Of a stretch of DNA of 64,000 nucleotides, positions 1 to 9,354 are shown piece after piece. Source of the DNA: Anaerotruncus sp. (GTDB lineage: Bacteria; Bacillota; Clostridia; Oscillospirales; Ruminococcaceae). The notes under the pieces were generated by a model. That model saw only the letters and a program-made list of their open reading frames with translations, searched no databases and was not told where the DNA came from. The stretch covers positions 4,372 through 68,371 of the forward strand of contig JAETRV010000006.1 in assembly GCA_021770005.1 (NCBI GenBank), read 5' to 3'. Position 1 is the first letter of the stretch. Each line of letters opens with the position of its first letter. The translations under genes and the position numbers were made by a program.

Positions 1-740
1 CCGTTAATCACATAGGAGTCGAACCCGGTTTCCCCCTGCCGCATCTTTGCATGAATCTGCGCAAGCGTTTTAAGGGAAGCGTCTTTCTGCGCCTCCTCCT
101 CAATGTTCTGCACCATAATGGTATCTATTGTATTGTCTGCGATGGTCATACCGTTGGCATTGATTGCATAGGCAGAGCTGTTCTCGCTGATACGTACTTT
201 GGAGACAATGTCGTTCAAAAAGGTTTCCGGGGGAACGAAATAGACCACCCCTACCACCTTCGTGCCTGGGATGCCACCTTCCCAGAGCGGTGCAGACACA
301 ATGATCGAAGTTTTCCCCGTAGTCCTGCTCAGAAGCGGATCGGAAATACAGGTCTTCCCCTGCATCGACTGGATAAAGTAATCGCGGTCAGAATAGTCTG
401 TGCCGTCAAAAATACTTTTTCCATCCAAGCCAATGATGTTACCTCTTAGAAATCCATGTGTCTCACACCGCTGGTTGATGATCTCCTGCTTTGCCTGTGT
501 GCTCTGGGAAAAATCCGCCAGCCTCGCAATCGCGCCCGCATCTGTTGCAACATTGGCATAGGAAACCAGCTCCTGTTCCACCCGCACCGCAGCGATCTGT
601 GCAGTTTCGCCCATCGTCTGTTCCAACAGCGTCCTGCTGCTTGTATAGGTGAGGACAATGCTTGTCAATCCCAAGACAGACAAAAGAATCAGCACTGTCA
701 TCAGCATAGAAAACAGTATCTTTCCCCGTATGCTTTTCAT
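1..740 (-). CDS. Cache-domain sensor protein (methyl-accepting chemotaxis protein-like), N-terminal fragment; the gene continues past the left edge
   Basis: Not in the ORF track because it has no stop in the window. My minus-strand translation from ATG 740-738 (GGAGGAA upstream) stays open to nt 1: MKSIRGKILFSMLMTVLILLSVLGLTSIVLTYTSSRTLLEQTMGETAQIAAVRVEQELVSYANV...ETGFDSYVING. One N-terminal TM helix is followed by a Cache-like extracytoplasmic region. Confidence 0.6.
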   Translation of the reverse strand, partial: MKSIRGKILFSMLMTVLILLSVLGLTSIVLTYTSSRTLLEQTMGETAQIAAVRVEQELVSYANVATDAGAIARLADFSQSTQAKQEIINQRCETHGFLRGNIIGLDGKSIFDGTDYSDRDYFIQSMQGKTCISDPLLSRTTGKTSIIVSAPLWEGGIPGTKVVGVVYFVPPETFLNDIVSKVRISENSSAYAINANGMTIADNTIDTIMVQNIEEEAQKDASLKTLAQIHAKMRQGETGFDSYVIN

Positions 741-1048
741 TTGTAAATTCCTCCCCCCACGATGCCCTGCCTCAGAGACCGCCTGAGAAAATCAAGCAGC
801 CCCGGCCCGCCAACACCGACAGGCGGTATGCTTTCTGAAATGGAGCTATCCTTTCGCCGCAAACTTTCCATTTCTTAGCACCCGCATAGGCAAGCAATCT
901 GTTCTGTTGGAATTATAGCACATAGATGGTCAAAATAGCAATAGCGTTTGCATAAATTGTCAATGAAAACAGACCAATTGAATAAAAAAACGGTCGAAAG
1001 TTACAAAATTCTATAGGTTATAGCTCGCCGGCCTCTGCGTCCAATTAT

Positions 1049-1086
1049 CAAAAAACAACAGAAGCGGTTCAAAATGGAACCGCTTC
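1049..1086 (-). terminator. intrinsic terminator downstream of the cupin gene pair
   Basis: 10-bp stem gaagcggttc/gaaccgcttc (1061-1070/1077-1086), followed on the minus strand by UGUUGUUUUUUG. Confidence 0.55.
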
Positions 1087-1264
1087 CGCTGCTTTGCGCT
1101 TTCATAGCGAAAATTGTGACAAAAAGTTTTGTCCGCCTTTCCAGTCCGGCAGGGTCGTGACCTGTATTAATAACCGGAAAGTTTTGGATGTGCAGGGGAT
1201 TTTTCTGTCCCGCAAGCTGTTCCACTCTGTTGGACGGTAAAAGGTCTGCCCAGGCAGTGCCTTT

Positions 1265-2029
1265 TCAAAGCCCTGGGAACCCGTCCGGGCCCACCGGATA
1301 CCCATTGGTGGCCAGCTCGAGCCAGACATAATTGATCCGCTTGCCCTCCGCCGACCGGGAACCGTGCGGGGTGTTGGCCTCGGTATACGAGAGCGAACCC
1401 GGCCCCAGGTCCTGCTCGGTCCCGCCCGCAATGTAGGTGAACGAGCCGTCCGGCAGGACATAATACCACTGCACCAGGTGTTTATGGACATGCTCCCCGA
1501 TAAAGGTGGGGCCCATCCCTTCGTTCCAACCCATGCTCCAGCGGCCGCAGGCCCGCCCTTCGACCAGCAGCCGGGAGGTCACATTCGAACCTGCATCCCC
1601 GGTGAATCCCTCGGTATACTGGACGCACTGGTCAAAATTGCGGAACCGCGGCAGTTTGATGCACCAGTTGGCCATGGTTTCCCTGTCGTAGTCGTTCAAA
1701 TCCCCTACGATATGCAGGAAATGCAGGTCCTGCCCGCCTGCGTGGATCGAGACCTTTTCCCGATCATAATCAGGGACAAAGACCCCCTGCTCGATATTCC
1801 AGCTCTGGGTTTCGGTGCAGACAAAACCGGTCTGATTGGTGAAGAAAAACATCTGGATTTTCTCGCGGAAGGGGAAGAGCGGCGGCTCCCAGACGCTGCC
1901 CGCCTTCAAGGCGCACTCAAACAGTTTTGCTTCCTCGTTGGCCTCCGGCATCAGCGGCTGACGGGACAGCCCGTTTCCATCGAACCGGTGCTGGACCGAG
2001 CCCCCTTGCAACAGACGGATTTTACTCAT
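1265..2029 (-). CDS. cupin-fold protein of unknown function (paralog A)
   Basis: ORF 1265..2236 trimmed to ATG 2029, which is preceded by GGAGAGG. 254 aa, MSKIRLLQGGSVQHRF... It shares blocks with 2055..2783 (VPDYDREKVSIHAGG vs VPDFDKEEVSIHAGN; LPRFRNFDQ vs FPRFRPFSQ). Confidence 0.6.
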   Translation of the reverse strand: MSKIRLLQGGSVQHRFDGNGLSRQPLMPEANEEAKLFECALKAGSVWEPPLFPFREKIQMFFFTNQTGFVCTETQSWNIEQGVFVPDYDREKVSIHAGGQDLHFLHIVGDLNDYDRETMANWCIKLPRFRNFDQCVQYTEGFTGDAGSNVTSRLLVEGRACGRWSMGWNEGMGPTFIGEHVHKHLVQWYYVLPDGSFTYIAGGTEQDLGPGSLSYTEANTPHGSRSAEGKRINYVWLELATNGYPVGPDGFPGL

Positions 2030-2054
2030 ATGATCCTCTCCTTTCCCGAATCTC

Positions 2055-2783
2055 TCAGTCATAGGCCCGGTTGAGCGTATACCAGACATGATGGATGCGT
2101 CCGTCCGGCCCGCATTCGAAACGAAACCGGCTCCCATGCGGGATGTATGCAATGTCCCCTTCTCTGAGCGCGGCCTCCTCCTCATCGACCCACAGGGTGC
2201 AGCCGGCCTGTTCCAGGCAGAGGATAAACTGGTCATAGGTGGGGAGCATATCCTCCGTGACCTTCGAAGCGCCGGGCTGGGCCGACCGGAACAGTCCCAT
2301 GTTGTTCGCGCCCAACTTGCGGTTCTCGATCAGCACGAACGCCCGGGTGTTGGAGTCCTCCGCGTCGATGGTGTGCATCGTGTGTTCCCATGCCTGTGAG
2401 AACGGCCGGAACCGCGGAAAGACCATATGGCTCTTGCCGATCTGGTTGCAGTCCTCCTCGTTCATTTGGCTGACAATTCGGATACATTCGAGCGGGCGGT
2501 TTCCCGCATGGATCGAGACCTCTTCCTTGTCGAAGTCCGGCACAAACAAAGAAGGTTCGGTGATGTTGAACGCCTGCGCTGGAGTGGTTACATACCCGCC
2601 CGCCCCGAGGAAAAGGAACATCTGGGTCACCGCCGGACGCGGGAACAGGGTGGGTTTCCAGACACCTCCTGCCTGTACGGTACAGCGGAAGAGCTGCGCC
2701 CGGTCACAGGCTCCCTCAAGAACCGGAACCTCTTCAACCGGCCCCTGCTGTTTTCCAGCGGACTTTTTGCTGACCTGAATCAT
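2055..2783 (-). CDS. cupin-fold protein of unknown function (paralog B)
   Basis: ORF 2055..2798; ATG at 2783 has GTGAGG upstream. C-terminal motif GDIAYIPHGSRFRF is cupin-like. Paralogous to 1265..2029. Confidence 0.6.
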   Translation of the reverse strand: MIQVSKKSAGKQQGPVEEVPVLEGACDRAQLFRCTVQAGGVWKPTLFPRPAVTQMFLFLGAGGYVTTPAQAFNITEPSLFVPDFDKEEVSIHAGNRPLECIRIVSQMNEEDCNQIGKSHMVFPRFRPFSQAWEHTMHTIDAEDSNTRAFVLIENRKLGANNMGLFRSAQPGASKVTEDMLPTYDQFILCLEQAGCTLWVDEEEAALREGDIAYIPHGSRFRFECGPDGRIHHVWYTLNRAYD

Positions 2784-2806
2784 AAGCGAAAACCTCACTT
2801 TCTCAG

Positions 2807-2838
2807 CCGGACGGCAATCGTTTGTTTTATGCGTCCGG
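2807..2838. promoter_or_regulatory. inverted repeat in the cupin/LysR divergent promoter (candidate LysR-type operator)
   Basis: CCGGACG (2807-2813) and CGTCCGG (2832-2838) form a perfect 7-bp inverted repeat 18 nt apart. TATACT at 2845-2850 lies just before the LysR gene. Confidence 0.3.
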
Positions 2839-2895
2839 ACGTGGTATACTGTGATATATCAACGGATCGAATCCATGCAAAGGAGCGAAGTGCGG

Positions 2896-3825
2896 ATGAC
2901 CCAACAGGACATCGAAATCTTTTTTGCGGTGGTGGAGAAGCGCAACCTTTCCAAGGCGGCCAGTGCGCTTTATATGTCGCAGTCCACCCTCAGCCACCGG
3001 CTGGGGATGCTGGAAAAGGAGCTGAATGCGACCCTGTTCATCCGCCACAAGGGACACCGCACCCTCGAGCTGACCCCCTACGGCCGGGATTTTGTACGGA
3101 TCGCCGAGCGCTGGATGGCGCTCTGGGCGGAAGCGCAGGACCTGCACACGATGCATGGGAGCCACACCTTTTATATCGGGTCGGTGGCCAGCCTGATCCA
3201 GTACCTGTTCCCCCACCTCCTACAGGAGATTTTCCGGAAGGAACAGCACCAGATTCGCCTGATGGTCAAATCGATGCAGTCGGCCGCGCTCTACCCCGCG
3301 CTGGAAAATCGGGAGATCGACCTCGGATTTTCGGTGCTGCCGTCGTTTTACAGCAATGTCATCAACCAGCCGCTGCTCAGCGAAGAAAACGTGCTGATGG
3401 TGCAGAACGCTTCCCCGCTGCCGCCGGGGGAGTACGGGCCGGACGTCCACCCCAGCGAGCTGGACCCCGCTAAGGAAATCCTGTTCCAGTATCACCAAGA
3501 CTACCGGCACTGGCGCAACTACTGGTTCGGGTACTATACCGACCCGGCGATCGGGCTGGGGGACGCGCTGTTGGTGAAGGATTTTTTCTCGACCCCCAAC
3601 GACTGCTGGTGTGTGGCGCCGGTCTCGATGGCGCTGGAAATCCAGCGTTCGTGCAACATTTCAATTCACCGGTTCACCAACCCGCCGCCGCCCCGCACCT
3701 GCTATATGCTGACCCACCGGATTCCACGTACCGGCTACGAATCGAGCATGGAGCTGTTCATGGACTACCTGAACCGGTTTCTTCGGGACGAGGCGGCAGC
3801 GGGACACCTTCAGATTCTCATCTGA
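2896..3825 (+). CDS. LysR-family transcriptional regulator
   Basis: ORF 2851..3825 trimmed to ATG 2896, with AGGAG 10 nt upstream. N-terminal HTH: MTQQDIEIFFAVVEKRNLSKAASALYMSQSTLSHRLGMLEKEL. Confidence 0.85.
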   Translation: MTQQDIEIFFAVVEKRNLSKAASALYMSQSTLSHRLGMLEKELNATLFIRHKGHRTLELTPYGRDFVRIAERWMALWAEAQDLHTMHGSHTFYIGSVASLIQYLFPHLLQEIFRKEQHQIRLMVKSMQSAALYPALENREIDLGFSVLPSFYSNVINQPLLSEENVLMVQNASPLPPGEYGPDVHPSELDPAKEILFQYHQDYRHWRNYWFGYYTDPAIGLGDALLVKDFFSTPNDCWCVAPVSMALEIQRSCNISIHRFTNPPPPRTCYMLTHRIPRTGYESSMELFMDYLNRFLRDEAAAGHLQILI

Positions 3826-5575
3826 CCGCGGTGCGCAGTGCGCGGGTGGCCTCCGCATCGAGGGTGCAGATGCCGTCGCTGTCGCGGTTGATGGCCACTT
3901 TATACTGGTCGCGGGCCGCTTCGACCGAGACATACCCGTCCGCCACATCATCGAGCACCTTTTCGGGAGGACGGCGGAGCGGGTCCCCATAGCCGCCCGA
4001 TCCGGGCGTCAGCGCGATAAGGAGTTCCCCTTTTTCCATCCGGTTGCCGGTGCTCTTGCCTGGGAGCCGGGTACGTTTCCCGTCCATCTCCCGGTAAAAC
4101 GCGCCGGTCGCACCGTCCTTGCCGCCCTCCAGGCCGTAGGGGGCGAACTTCTGCCGGTCGCCGGTCGCCTTGCACTGGATGCCGTCGAGCAGCATCTCAA
4201 ATTCACGGTCGATCCCAAGCCCCCCGCGGAATTCGCCTGCCCCGCCGCTGTCGGTGCGCAGGCTGTATTTTTTGATCATCAAAATTGGGAATTCGGTCTC
4301 CATCGCCTCGATCGGCATGTTGGAGGTGTTGGTCATGTGGACCTGTACCGCGCTCAGACCGTCCGCATGCTTGCTCGCGCCCGAACCGCCCGCAATCGCC
4401 TCATGGCAGATCAGGGTATTGCCCGGATGGCGCGGGTCCTCCCGGGTGAATACAGTGGTCTGGCAGGTGCTGTTGCAGCCCGCGAGCACCCGTTCGCTGG
4501 CGACCTCGGCCAATGCGCCGAAGATGACATCGGGCAGCCGCTGGGCCGCGTTGATCGTGAGCCCCAGCGGGGCCGGGTCGATCGGGTTGACCAGCGAGCC
4601 CTTGGGCGCGACTACCTCGAACACCCGGAAGATACCGCTGGTGGCAGGGATATCCGCGCCGAACAGTGCCTTAAGCGAATAGAAGCAGGAGGCGAGCAGG
4701 GTGTTATACGAGATGTTCAGCGGCGCTTTGAGCTGTTTGCAGGTCTTGCTGAAATCAAAGAGGATGCTGTCGCCCGTGATGCGGATATCCACCGAAATGG
4801 TCTGCGGGTCCGGGCTGTTGTCGCCGCCGTCGTCCAGATAGTCGGTGTACGAGTAGACCCCGTCCGCCACGCTGGCGATCGCTGCCCGCAGCCGCCGCTC
4901 CGAGTAGTTTTGCAGCTCCTCCATGCAGGCGGTGAGCCGGTCGCCGTATTTGGCGAACGCTTCCTCCATCCGGCGCGCGCCCACCCGGTTGGAGGATATC
5001 TGGGCGGTCAGGTCGCCCTCCCGCTCCTCCCGGACGCGGGTGTTGCCCAGCAGGAGCTGGAACACGTCCTCATTGAGTTTTCCTTCGTTGCAGATGCGGA
5101 TGACCGGAATCCGGATGCCCTCCTGAAAGATGCTGTCCGCATAGCTCGAGGTCGAGCCGGGGACCATGCCGCCGATGTCCGAATGGTGGGCCATATTGAC
5201 CACCCAACCGATGATTGCGCCATCCCCGAACACCGGCATGGCGACCACGATGTCAGGGAGGTGGTTGCCGCCGCCGTGATAGGGGTCGTTGCCGATGAAC
5301 ATATCGCCCGGACGGATTTTGGCCCGGTCGAAATGCTGGTAGATATAAGGGATAAAGGTGAGGAAAGCGTTCAGATGAATCGGCAGATAGTCCGCCTGTG
5401 CTACGAGGTCCCCCTCCGGGCCGACCACTGCGGCGGAAACATCCCGCCGCTCCTTGATGTTGGTGGAATAGGCGCTCTTGATGATCGAAAGGCAGGTTTC
5501 CTCCGCAATCGAGAGCATGAGGTTCCCCACGATTTCAACGGTGACCGGATCGACCGGGTTTTGTTTTGCGCTCAC
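3818..5575 (-). CDS. hyuB: hydantoinase B/oxoprolinase-family protein
   Basis: 585 aa. The N-terminus ...VTVEIVGNLMLSIAEETCLSIIKSAYSTNIKERRDVSAAV...GNDPYHGGGNHLPD is typical of HyuB/OplaH-B. It overlaps the stop of the upstream HyuA gene by 4 nt. Confidence 0.85.
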   Translation of the reverse strand: MSAKQNPVDPVTVEIVGNLMLSIAEETCLSIIKSAYSTNIKERRDVSAAVVGPEGDLVAQADYLPIHLNAFLTFIPYIYQHFDRAKIRPGDMFIGNDPYHGGGNHLPDIVVAMPVFGDGAIIGWVVNMAHHSDIGGMVPGSTSSYADSIFQEGIRIPVIRICNEGKLNEDVFQLLLGNTRVREEREGDLTAQISSNRVGARRMEEAFAKYGDRLTACMEELQNYSERRLRAAIASVADGVYSYTDYLDDGGDNSPDPQTISVDIRITGDSILFDFSKTCKQLKAPLNISYNTLLASCFYSLKALFGADIPATSGIFRVFEVVAPKGSLVNPIDPAPLGLTINAAQRLPDVIFGALAEVASERVLAGCNSTCQTTVFTREDPRHPGNTLICHEAIAGGSGASKHADGLSAVQVHMTNTSNMPIEAMETEFPILMIKKYSLRTDSGGAGEFRGGLGIDREFEMLLDGIQCKATGDRQKFAPYGLEGGKDGATGAFYREMDGKRTRLPGKSTGNRMEKGELLIALTPGSGGYGDPLRRPPEKVLDDVADGYVSVEAARDQYKVAINRDSDGICTLDAEATRALRTAVR

Positions 5576-7641
5576 TGCTCTTCGCCTCCTTTATAGTTCA
5601 CATGCAGATTGAGATAACCATCGGTAAAGACGTCCCAATGGGGCGGGATGACGGTCGTGCAGTCCATCTGCTCAATAATCATCGGGCCTTGGGCTTTCAA
5701 GCCGGGGACAAACCCGTCGCGGTGATAGACCGGCGTGGGGATGTAATCACTTTCCCCGACAAACAGCACCTGACGGGTCTCCTGGGGCGCAGGCAGGGAC
5801 GCGCCCGGTACGAGCGGCTTGCAGACCAGAGCGGGCTTTTCGACCTCACCGACCGCGGACAGCCGGAAGTTGACCAGCTGCACATGGAACGCCTCGTTGC
5901 TGTATCCAAAATTTTTCTCGTGGGCCGCATGGAACTGCTGGATTGCGTCCTCGAGAATCTCCGCAGTGACCGCGGGGTCCCGTAGCGGGATGTTGATCTC
6001 ATAGTTCTGCCGCTCATACCGCGCGTCCACCGAGGCGGAGAAGCTGCGCTGTGCGGCGGGGATTTTTTCCCGGTCGAGCAGGTTGCTGCCCTCCTCGATC
6101 ATCTCCTGTAAGACCGCGTTGATTGCGGGGATGTTTTCGGGCTGGGCGAGCATGATGCGGGAGCGGGAGAGGTCAAACCGGGTGTCGGCCATCAGAAGCC
6201 CGAGGCTGCAAAGGGTGCCCGGATTGGGCGGGATCAGGACTTTCCGGATGCCCAGTTCCTCTGCGACCTCGCAGGCATGGAGCGGGCCCGCGCCGCCGAA
6301 CGCCATGAGCGCGAAGTCGCGCGCGTCGTAGCCGCGCTCCACGCTGACGATCCGGATGGCGCGCATCATGTTCGAATTTACGACGCTGATGATCCCGGCG
6401 GCGGCCTCCGAAAGGCTCAGGGAGGAACGGTCACAGATGCTTGCCTGAATCGCCTGTTTCGCAAGCTCCAGATCGACCTCCATCCGTCCGCCGAGGATTT
6501 TTTTCTGGTTGAGTTTTCCGAGCAGGATGTTTGCGTCGGTGACACACGGGTTGACCCCCCCACGCATATAGCAGGCCGGGCCGGGGGTTGCGCCCGCGCT
6601 CTGCGGCCCCACCTTGAGGGCACCGCCCTCGTCAATCCGGGCGATCGAGCCGCCGCCCGCGCCCAGTGTGATAATGTCGATCATCGGGATACGGGCCGGA
6701 TAGCCCTCGACCAGACGCTCGTTGCTCAGCTGGGGCTTGCCGTTCTCGATCAGACTGACATCGATGCTGGTGCCGCCCATATCGAAGGTGATGATATTGG
6801 GCAGGCCGCACAGCCCGCCCAGATAGGCCGCGCCGATTACACCTGCCGACGGGCCGGAAACCGCGGTCTTGATCGGGCAATCGATCGTCTCGCTGATCGA
6901 GATGATCGAGCCGTTCGACTGGGTGACATACGGGCTGACCTTGACCCCGACCTTTTTGACCGATTCCTCGAAGTGGCGGACATACGCTTTCATGACCGGC
7001 CCGAGGTAGGCGTTGAGGGCGGTGGTGCTCATGCGGGAATACTCCCGGAATTCGTGAACCAGCTCGTGGGAGACCGAGACGTAAGCCTCGGGGAAATGCT
7101 CGCGGATCAGCTCCTTAAGGCGGTTTTCGTGGACCGGGTTGAGATAGCTGAACAGGGTGCAGACCGCGATTGCCTGAACCTTCTGTTTTTTCAGGTAGCG
7201 AATCACCCGGATGGCGGCCTCCTCATCGAGCGGGGTTTTGACCGAACCGTCGCAGAGGATGCGCTCGGGCACCTCGCATTTTAGACCGGCGGGGACGATG
7301 CTCTGCGCCTTGGGGCGGAGCAGGTCGTAAAGGTTGGGGCGCTTCTGCCAGCCGATCTCCATCAGGTCCTTGAGGCCCTCGGTGGTGATAATCCCGATGC
7401 GCGCGCCCTTCTTCTCGATCAGGGCGTTGGTGGCCACTGTGGTGCCGTGTGCCAGGTAGGAGATCTGTTCGGCCTGCATCCCGAGCAGCTCGAGCAGTGT
7501 TTCGATGCCGGTCACGATTGCCTGGGACGGGTCCTGCGGGGTGGAGCTGAGCTTGTAGTTGAAGATCTGCTCGGTTTGGGTGTTGAACACGGACAGGTCG
7601 GTAAAGGTACCGCCAACATCCACACCTATCATGTAACTCAT
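5572..7641 (-). CDS. hyuA: hydantoinase A/oxoprolinase-family protein
   Basis: ORF 5572..7776 trimmed to ATG 7641 (AAGGTGA upstream). MSYMIGVDVGGTFTDLSVF... is the ASKHA-type HyuA N-terminus. Confidence 0.85.
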   Translation of the reverse strand: MSYMIGVDVGGTFTDLSVFNTQTEQIFNYKLSSTPQDPSQAIVTGIETLLELLGMQAEQISYLAHGTTVATNALIEKKGARIGIITTEGLKDLMEIGWQKRPNLYDLLRPKAQSIVPAGLKCEVPERILCDGSVKTPLDEEAAIRVIRYLKKQKVQAIAVCTLFSYLNPVHENRLKELIREHFPEAYVSVSHELVHEFREYSRMSTTALNAYLGPVMKAYVRHFEESVKKVGVKVSPYVTQSNGSIISISETIDCPIKTAVSGPSAGVIGAAYLGGLCGLPNIITFDMGGTSIDVSLIENGKPQLSNERLVEGYPARIPMIDIITLGAGGGSIARIDEGGALKVGPQSAGATPGPACYMRGGVNPCVTDANILLGKLNQKKILGGRMEVDLELAKQAIQASICDRSSLSLSEAAAGIISVVNSNMMRAIRIVSVERGYDARDFALMAFGGAGPLHACEVAEELGIRKVLIPPNPGTLCSLGLLMADTRFDLSRSRIMLAQPENIPAINAVLQEMIEEGSNLLDREKIPAAQRSFSASVDARYERQNYEINIPLRDPAVTAEILEDAIQQFHAAHEKNFGYSNEAFHVQLVNFRLSAVGEVEKPALVCKPLVPGASLPAPQETRQVLFVGESDYIPTPVYHRDGFVPGLKAQGPMIIEQMDCTTVIPPHWDVFTDGYLNLHVNYKGGEEQ

Positions 7642-7699
7642 GGCTGTATCACCTTTCTTTCCATCTTTGAAATCTGTTTCATAAACACTTTGCTGCGGC

Positions 7700-8165
7700 T
7701 CGCAGTCAAAGGCGGCGGGGCCGAGGGGCAGTGCGACAGCCGGACGTTTGGCCCCGGACCAAACGTCCAAGCACAAGGCGCTTTCCTCGGGGCTGCTCGG
7801 CTAACGCCGAAGCGCGGCATATGCCGCGATGCCCCTGCGGGCTGTCTTACGGGTTAGGGGGCAGCACCCCCTTCCCGTAGGCCCCACCCCGGCGGGCCTT
7901 GACAGCTCGATTCATCTCTCCACCCAGCTCACCGGGGGAGTTCTCACAAGAGGGGGGCACTGCCTCCCCTCTTGTGGGGCGCATCCTGCCCGAGCGTCGC
8001 GCGTGAGCGCGCTTCGGTCCGAAGGGCCGAGCAGCGAAGGGCGTTGTTTTGGTCGGGAACCCAAAACAACATGCGCCCTGAACAGGGGGTTGTTCCTGAT
8101 TTTGGGCGCAAAAAGCGGAGGCCGACCCAGCAGCCGACCTCCGCCGGTGCAAAACTCGATCTTTC
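7700..8165. repeat. tract of consecutive GC-rich hairpin modules (REP/BIME-like mosaic), tract 1
   Basis: Stacked palindromes, e.g. cgcggcat/atgccgcg at 7813-7828 and acaagagggggg...cccctcttgt at 7946-7975. Modules recur at 14956-15001 (direct) and 18586-18800 (inverted). Confidence 0.75.
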
Positions 8166-8198
8166 AACAGAGTTTTTGTCCCATTGTCTGGTATCTGG

Positions 8199-9305
8199 TC
8201 AGGATTTCATTGCCGTCGCATAGGCGATCAGCTCCGGATCGTTGAAGAAGGATTCCTCCTCCAGCTGGGTGTAGAACCCCTGCATGTTTTCGATCCACTC
8301 GTTGCGGTCAATATCAAGGAAGATTGCGCCCTCTTCGATCATGGTGGGGCGATAGGCTTCGAACTCCGCATAGCATTTCTCGTTGTACTCGTCCGCGGCC
8401 TCCTGTGCGCAGTCGAGCATGATCTGCTGCTGTTCCGGGCTGAGCGAGAGGAACGCCTCGTTGGACATGACAATGCAGTCGAGCGGATACTGGAAGTTGA
8501 CTTCCGCGATGTAGGGCGCATAGAGGTGGAACTTGGAAGTCGAGAACGACTCACTGCTCGTCTCGCCCGCATTGACAACCCCCTGCATCAGCGCTTCCGG
8601 ATACTCGTTGAAGCCGATCTGGTTGACGGTGCCGCCCCAATACTGGAACATCTTCGCCTGGAGCGGGATGTTCGCGACCCGGAATTTTTTGCCTTTGAGG
8701 TTTTCCGGATGGGTGATATCCTCGGTGGAGATCAGCACACGGGGCAGGCGGACAAACTCATAGTTCAGAACCTTGAGGTTCGCGTCGTTCGCGAGCGAAT
8801 CGAGCATGCCCTGTCCCTTTTCGGACGCCATGAATTCGAGCACCGAATCCGCATCCTCAAACAGGAACGGGACCGACAGGATACCAAGGTCGTTGCACCA
8901 GGTGGAATAGGAGTCGAGCGCGGTCGCAACGCCGCCCTGGTTGTTGGCCATCGTCGCTTCGATCTGTGCGGTGCCGTTGCCGAGCTGGCTGGCGGGGTAC
9001 CACTCACAGACCACCGCGCCGTTGGTGCGCTCGGTGACATTGGCGCAGAACTTCTCCATCACAACGCTGCCGAGCTTGTCCGGCGCGCTCGAGTTGCCGA
9101 ATTTCAGGGTAATTGGTTTTTCCGCAGTGGGGCCTTTTGCAGCCTCGGGCTGGCTGGCCGGAGCCGCCTGACTGGGTGCAGCTGCCGAACTGGCAGGCTG
9201 CTGGCTGGAAGCCGGCGCGCTGCTTGCGCTCGAGGAACCGCCGCAGCCGCTGAGTGCCGCGCCTGTCAAACAGAGTGCCAACAACAGGGATAGTGCCTTT
9301 TTCAT
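8199..9305 (-). CDS. dctP: TRAP transporter substrate-binding lipoprotein (DctP family)
   Basis: 368 aa. Lipobox LTGAALSGCGG with a Ser/Ala/Pro-rich linker, then DctP-like sequence (ITLKFGNSSAP...YPASQLG...). Confidence 0.8.
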   Translation of the reverse strand: MKKALSLLLALCLTGAALSGCGGSSSASSAPASSQQPASSAAAPSQAAPASQPEAAKGPTAEKPITLKFGNSSAPDKLGSVVMEKFCANVTERTNGAVVCEWYPASQLGNGTAQIEATMANNQGGVATALDSYSTWCNDLGILSVPFLFEDADSVLEFMASEKGQGMLDSLANDANLKVLNYEFVRLPRVLISTEDITHPENLKGKKFRVANIPLQAKMFQYWGGTVNQIGFNEYPEALMQGVVNAGETSSESFSTSKFHLYAPYIAEVNFQYPLDCIVMSNEAFLSLSPEQQQIMLDCAQEAADEYNEKCYAEFEAYRPTMIEEGAIFLDIDRNEWIENMQGFYTQLEEESFFNDPELIAYATAMKS

Positions 9306-9354
9306 AAGAATATCCTCCTTTATGATTGGGTCTTGAAAATGGGTGCTTTGTGTT

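Noticed and set aside
7829-8245. ORFs inside the hairpin tracts (for example 7829..8245, 7847..8167, 14532..15101, 14593..15156, 18270..18632, 18511..18795, 11259..11558).
   Set aside because: They run through stacked palindromes in several frames and on both strands. They lack RBSs, and their 'conservation' between tracts is explained by the nucleotide repeat modules.
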